Assembly: GCA_963726195.1 (NCBI GenBank)
Contig: CAVSBO010000004.1
Coordinates: forward strand, 224,001-288,000
DNA length: 64,000 bases
Source: Candidatus Thorarchaeota archaeon
GTDB lineage: Archaea; Asgardarchaeota; Thorarchaeia; Thorarchaeales; Thorarchaeaceae
Reading direction: 5' to 3'
Numbering within the stretch: the first letter of the stretch is position 1; the number at the start of each line of letters is the position of its first letter. This document shows, in pieces, positions 63,426 through 64,000 of the stretch. The notes beneath the pieces are model-generated. The model made no database searches and was not told the DNA's origin. It saw nothing but the letters and a program-made list of their open reading frames with translations. The position numbers were made by a program, and so were the translations under genes.

Positions 63426-64000
63426 ATGGTCTCCTTTTTCCGCGCCTGCGGTCTGTTATATCTCAAAATCAGGAACAGGAAACAGCGCCCGCCGAGCAGG
63501 TACACGAACCGGAACCCTGAGTACCAGCATTTCAAGATAGGTGACTACACCTATGGCCGACCAAATGTAGTATACGACAAACGCCATGCCACGCTTGAGA
63601 TCGGGAAGTTCTGCTCCATTGCGGATGATGTAGTGATTATGCTCGGCGGGGAACATCGACCGGACTGGACAACGACCTATCCCTTCTACGAGCTGTTCGA
63701 CCGCTTCAAACCCTATTTCCCGAGCATGACGAAGGGCCATGTGATAATCGGCAACGATGTCTGGATAGGGCAAGCTGCAGTCATCCTTTCGGGCGTACAT
63801 ATCGGGGACGGGGCGATCATCGGGGCGCACAGCGTCGTAACGAAGGATGTGGAAGCCTATGCCATAGTGGCCGGCAATCCCGCGAGAACCATCAGGATGC
63901 GGTTCAATCCTCAGACCGTGCAGGCTTTTCTTAAGATGAAATGGTGGGACTGGCCGACTGAACGCATCTTTCAGAATGTGGCGAAACTGCTCGGTCCGCC
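63426..64000 (+). CDS. CatB/Vat-like hexapeptide O-acetyltransferase, 3'-truncated by the window edge (absent from the ORF track)
   Basis: Translated by hand: KIGDYTYG.P..IGKFCSIA..GGEHRPDW.TTYPF..IGNDVWIG..GVHIGDGAIIGA.SVVTKDV..YAIVAGNPAR..WWDW. Confidence 0.88.
   Translation, partial: MVSFFRACGLLYLKIRNRKQRPPSRYTNRNPEYQHFKIGDYTYGRPNVVYDKRHATLEIGKFCSIADDVVIMLGGEHRPDWTTTYPFYELFDRFKPYFPSMTKGHVIIGNDVWIGQAAVILSGVHIGDGAIIGAHSVVTKDVEAYAIVAGNPARTIRMRFNPQTVQAFLKMKWWDWPTERIFQNVAKLLGP

Overview
Gene-dense archaeal chromosomal window, most consistent with an Asgard archaeon (probably Thorarchaeia). The evidence is archaeal MetRS, Cdc48/VAT, DpsL and ThiR together with many eukaryotic-signature-type proteins: gelsolin-fold proteins, two roadblock/LC7 proteins, three longin-domain proteins, an alpha-SNAP-like TPR protein, an AN1-finger protease and split Alg14/Alg13. 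At least a dozen genes are broken by 1-nt indels, most likely long-read assembly errors. Metabolic and stress loci: Fur/PerR-DpsL-MntH, ThiR with thiBPQ, GlcD/GlcF(+SCP2-like), a double-length UvrA and a NifB-like radical SAM enzyme. The most interesting candidates are: (i) a tandem pair of longin + double winged-helix paralogues resembling GATOR1 NPRL2/NPRL3, near a roadblock gene and two coiled-coil/wHTH proteins; (ii) a surface glycoprotein-TM-longin receptor-like protein; (iii) a gelsolin/roadblock/SNAP-like cluster; (iv) an hsp20-cdc48 / AN1-M50 protease / GH38 quality-control locus with a 17-bp direct-repeat operator. I recognised no rRNA, tRNA, CRISPR array or transposase. All family calls come from motif recognition by eye; no database searches were run.
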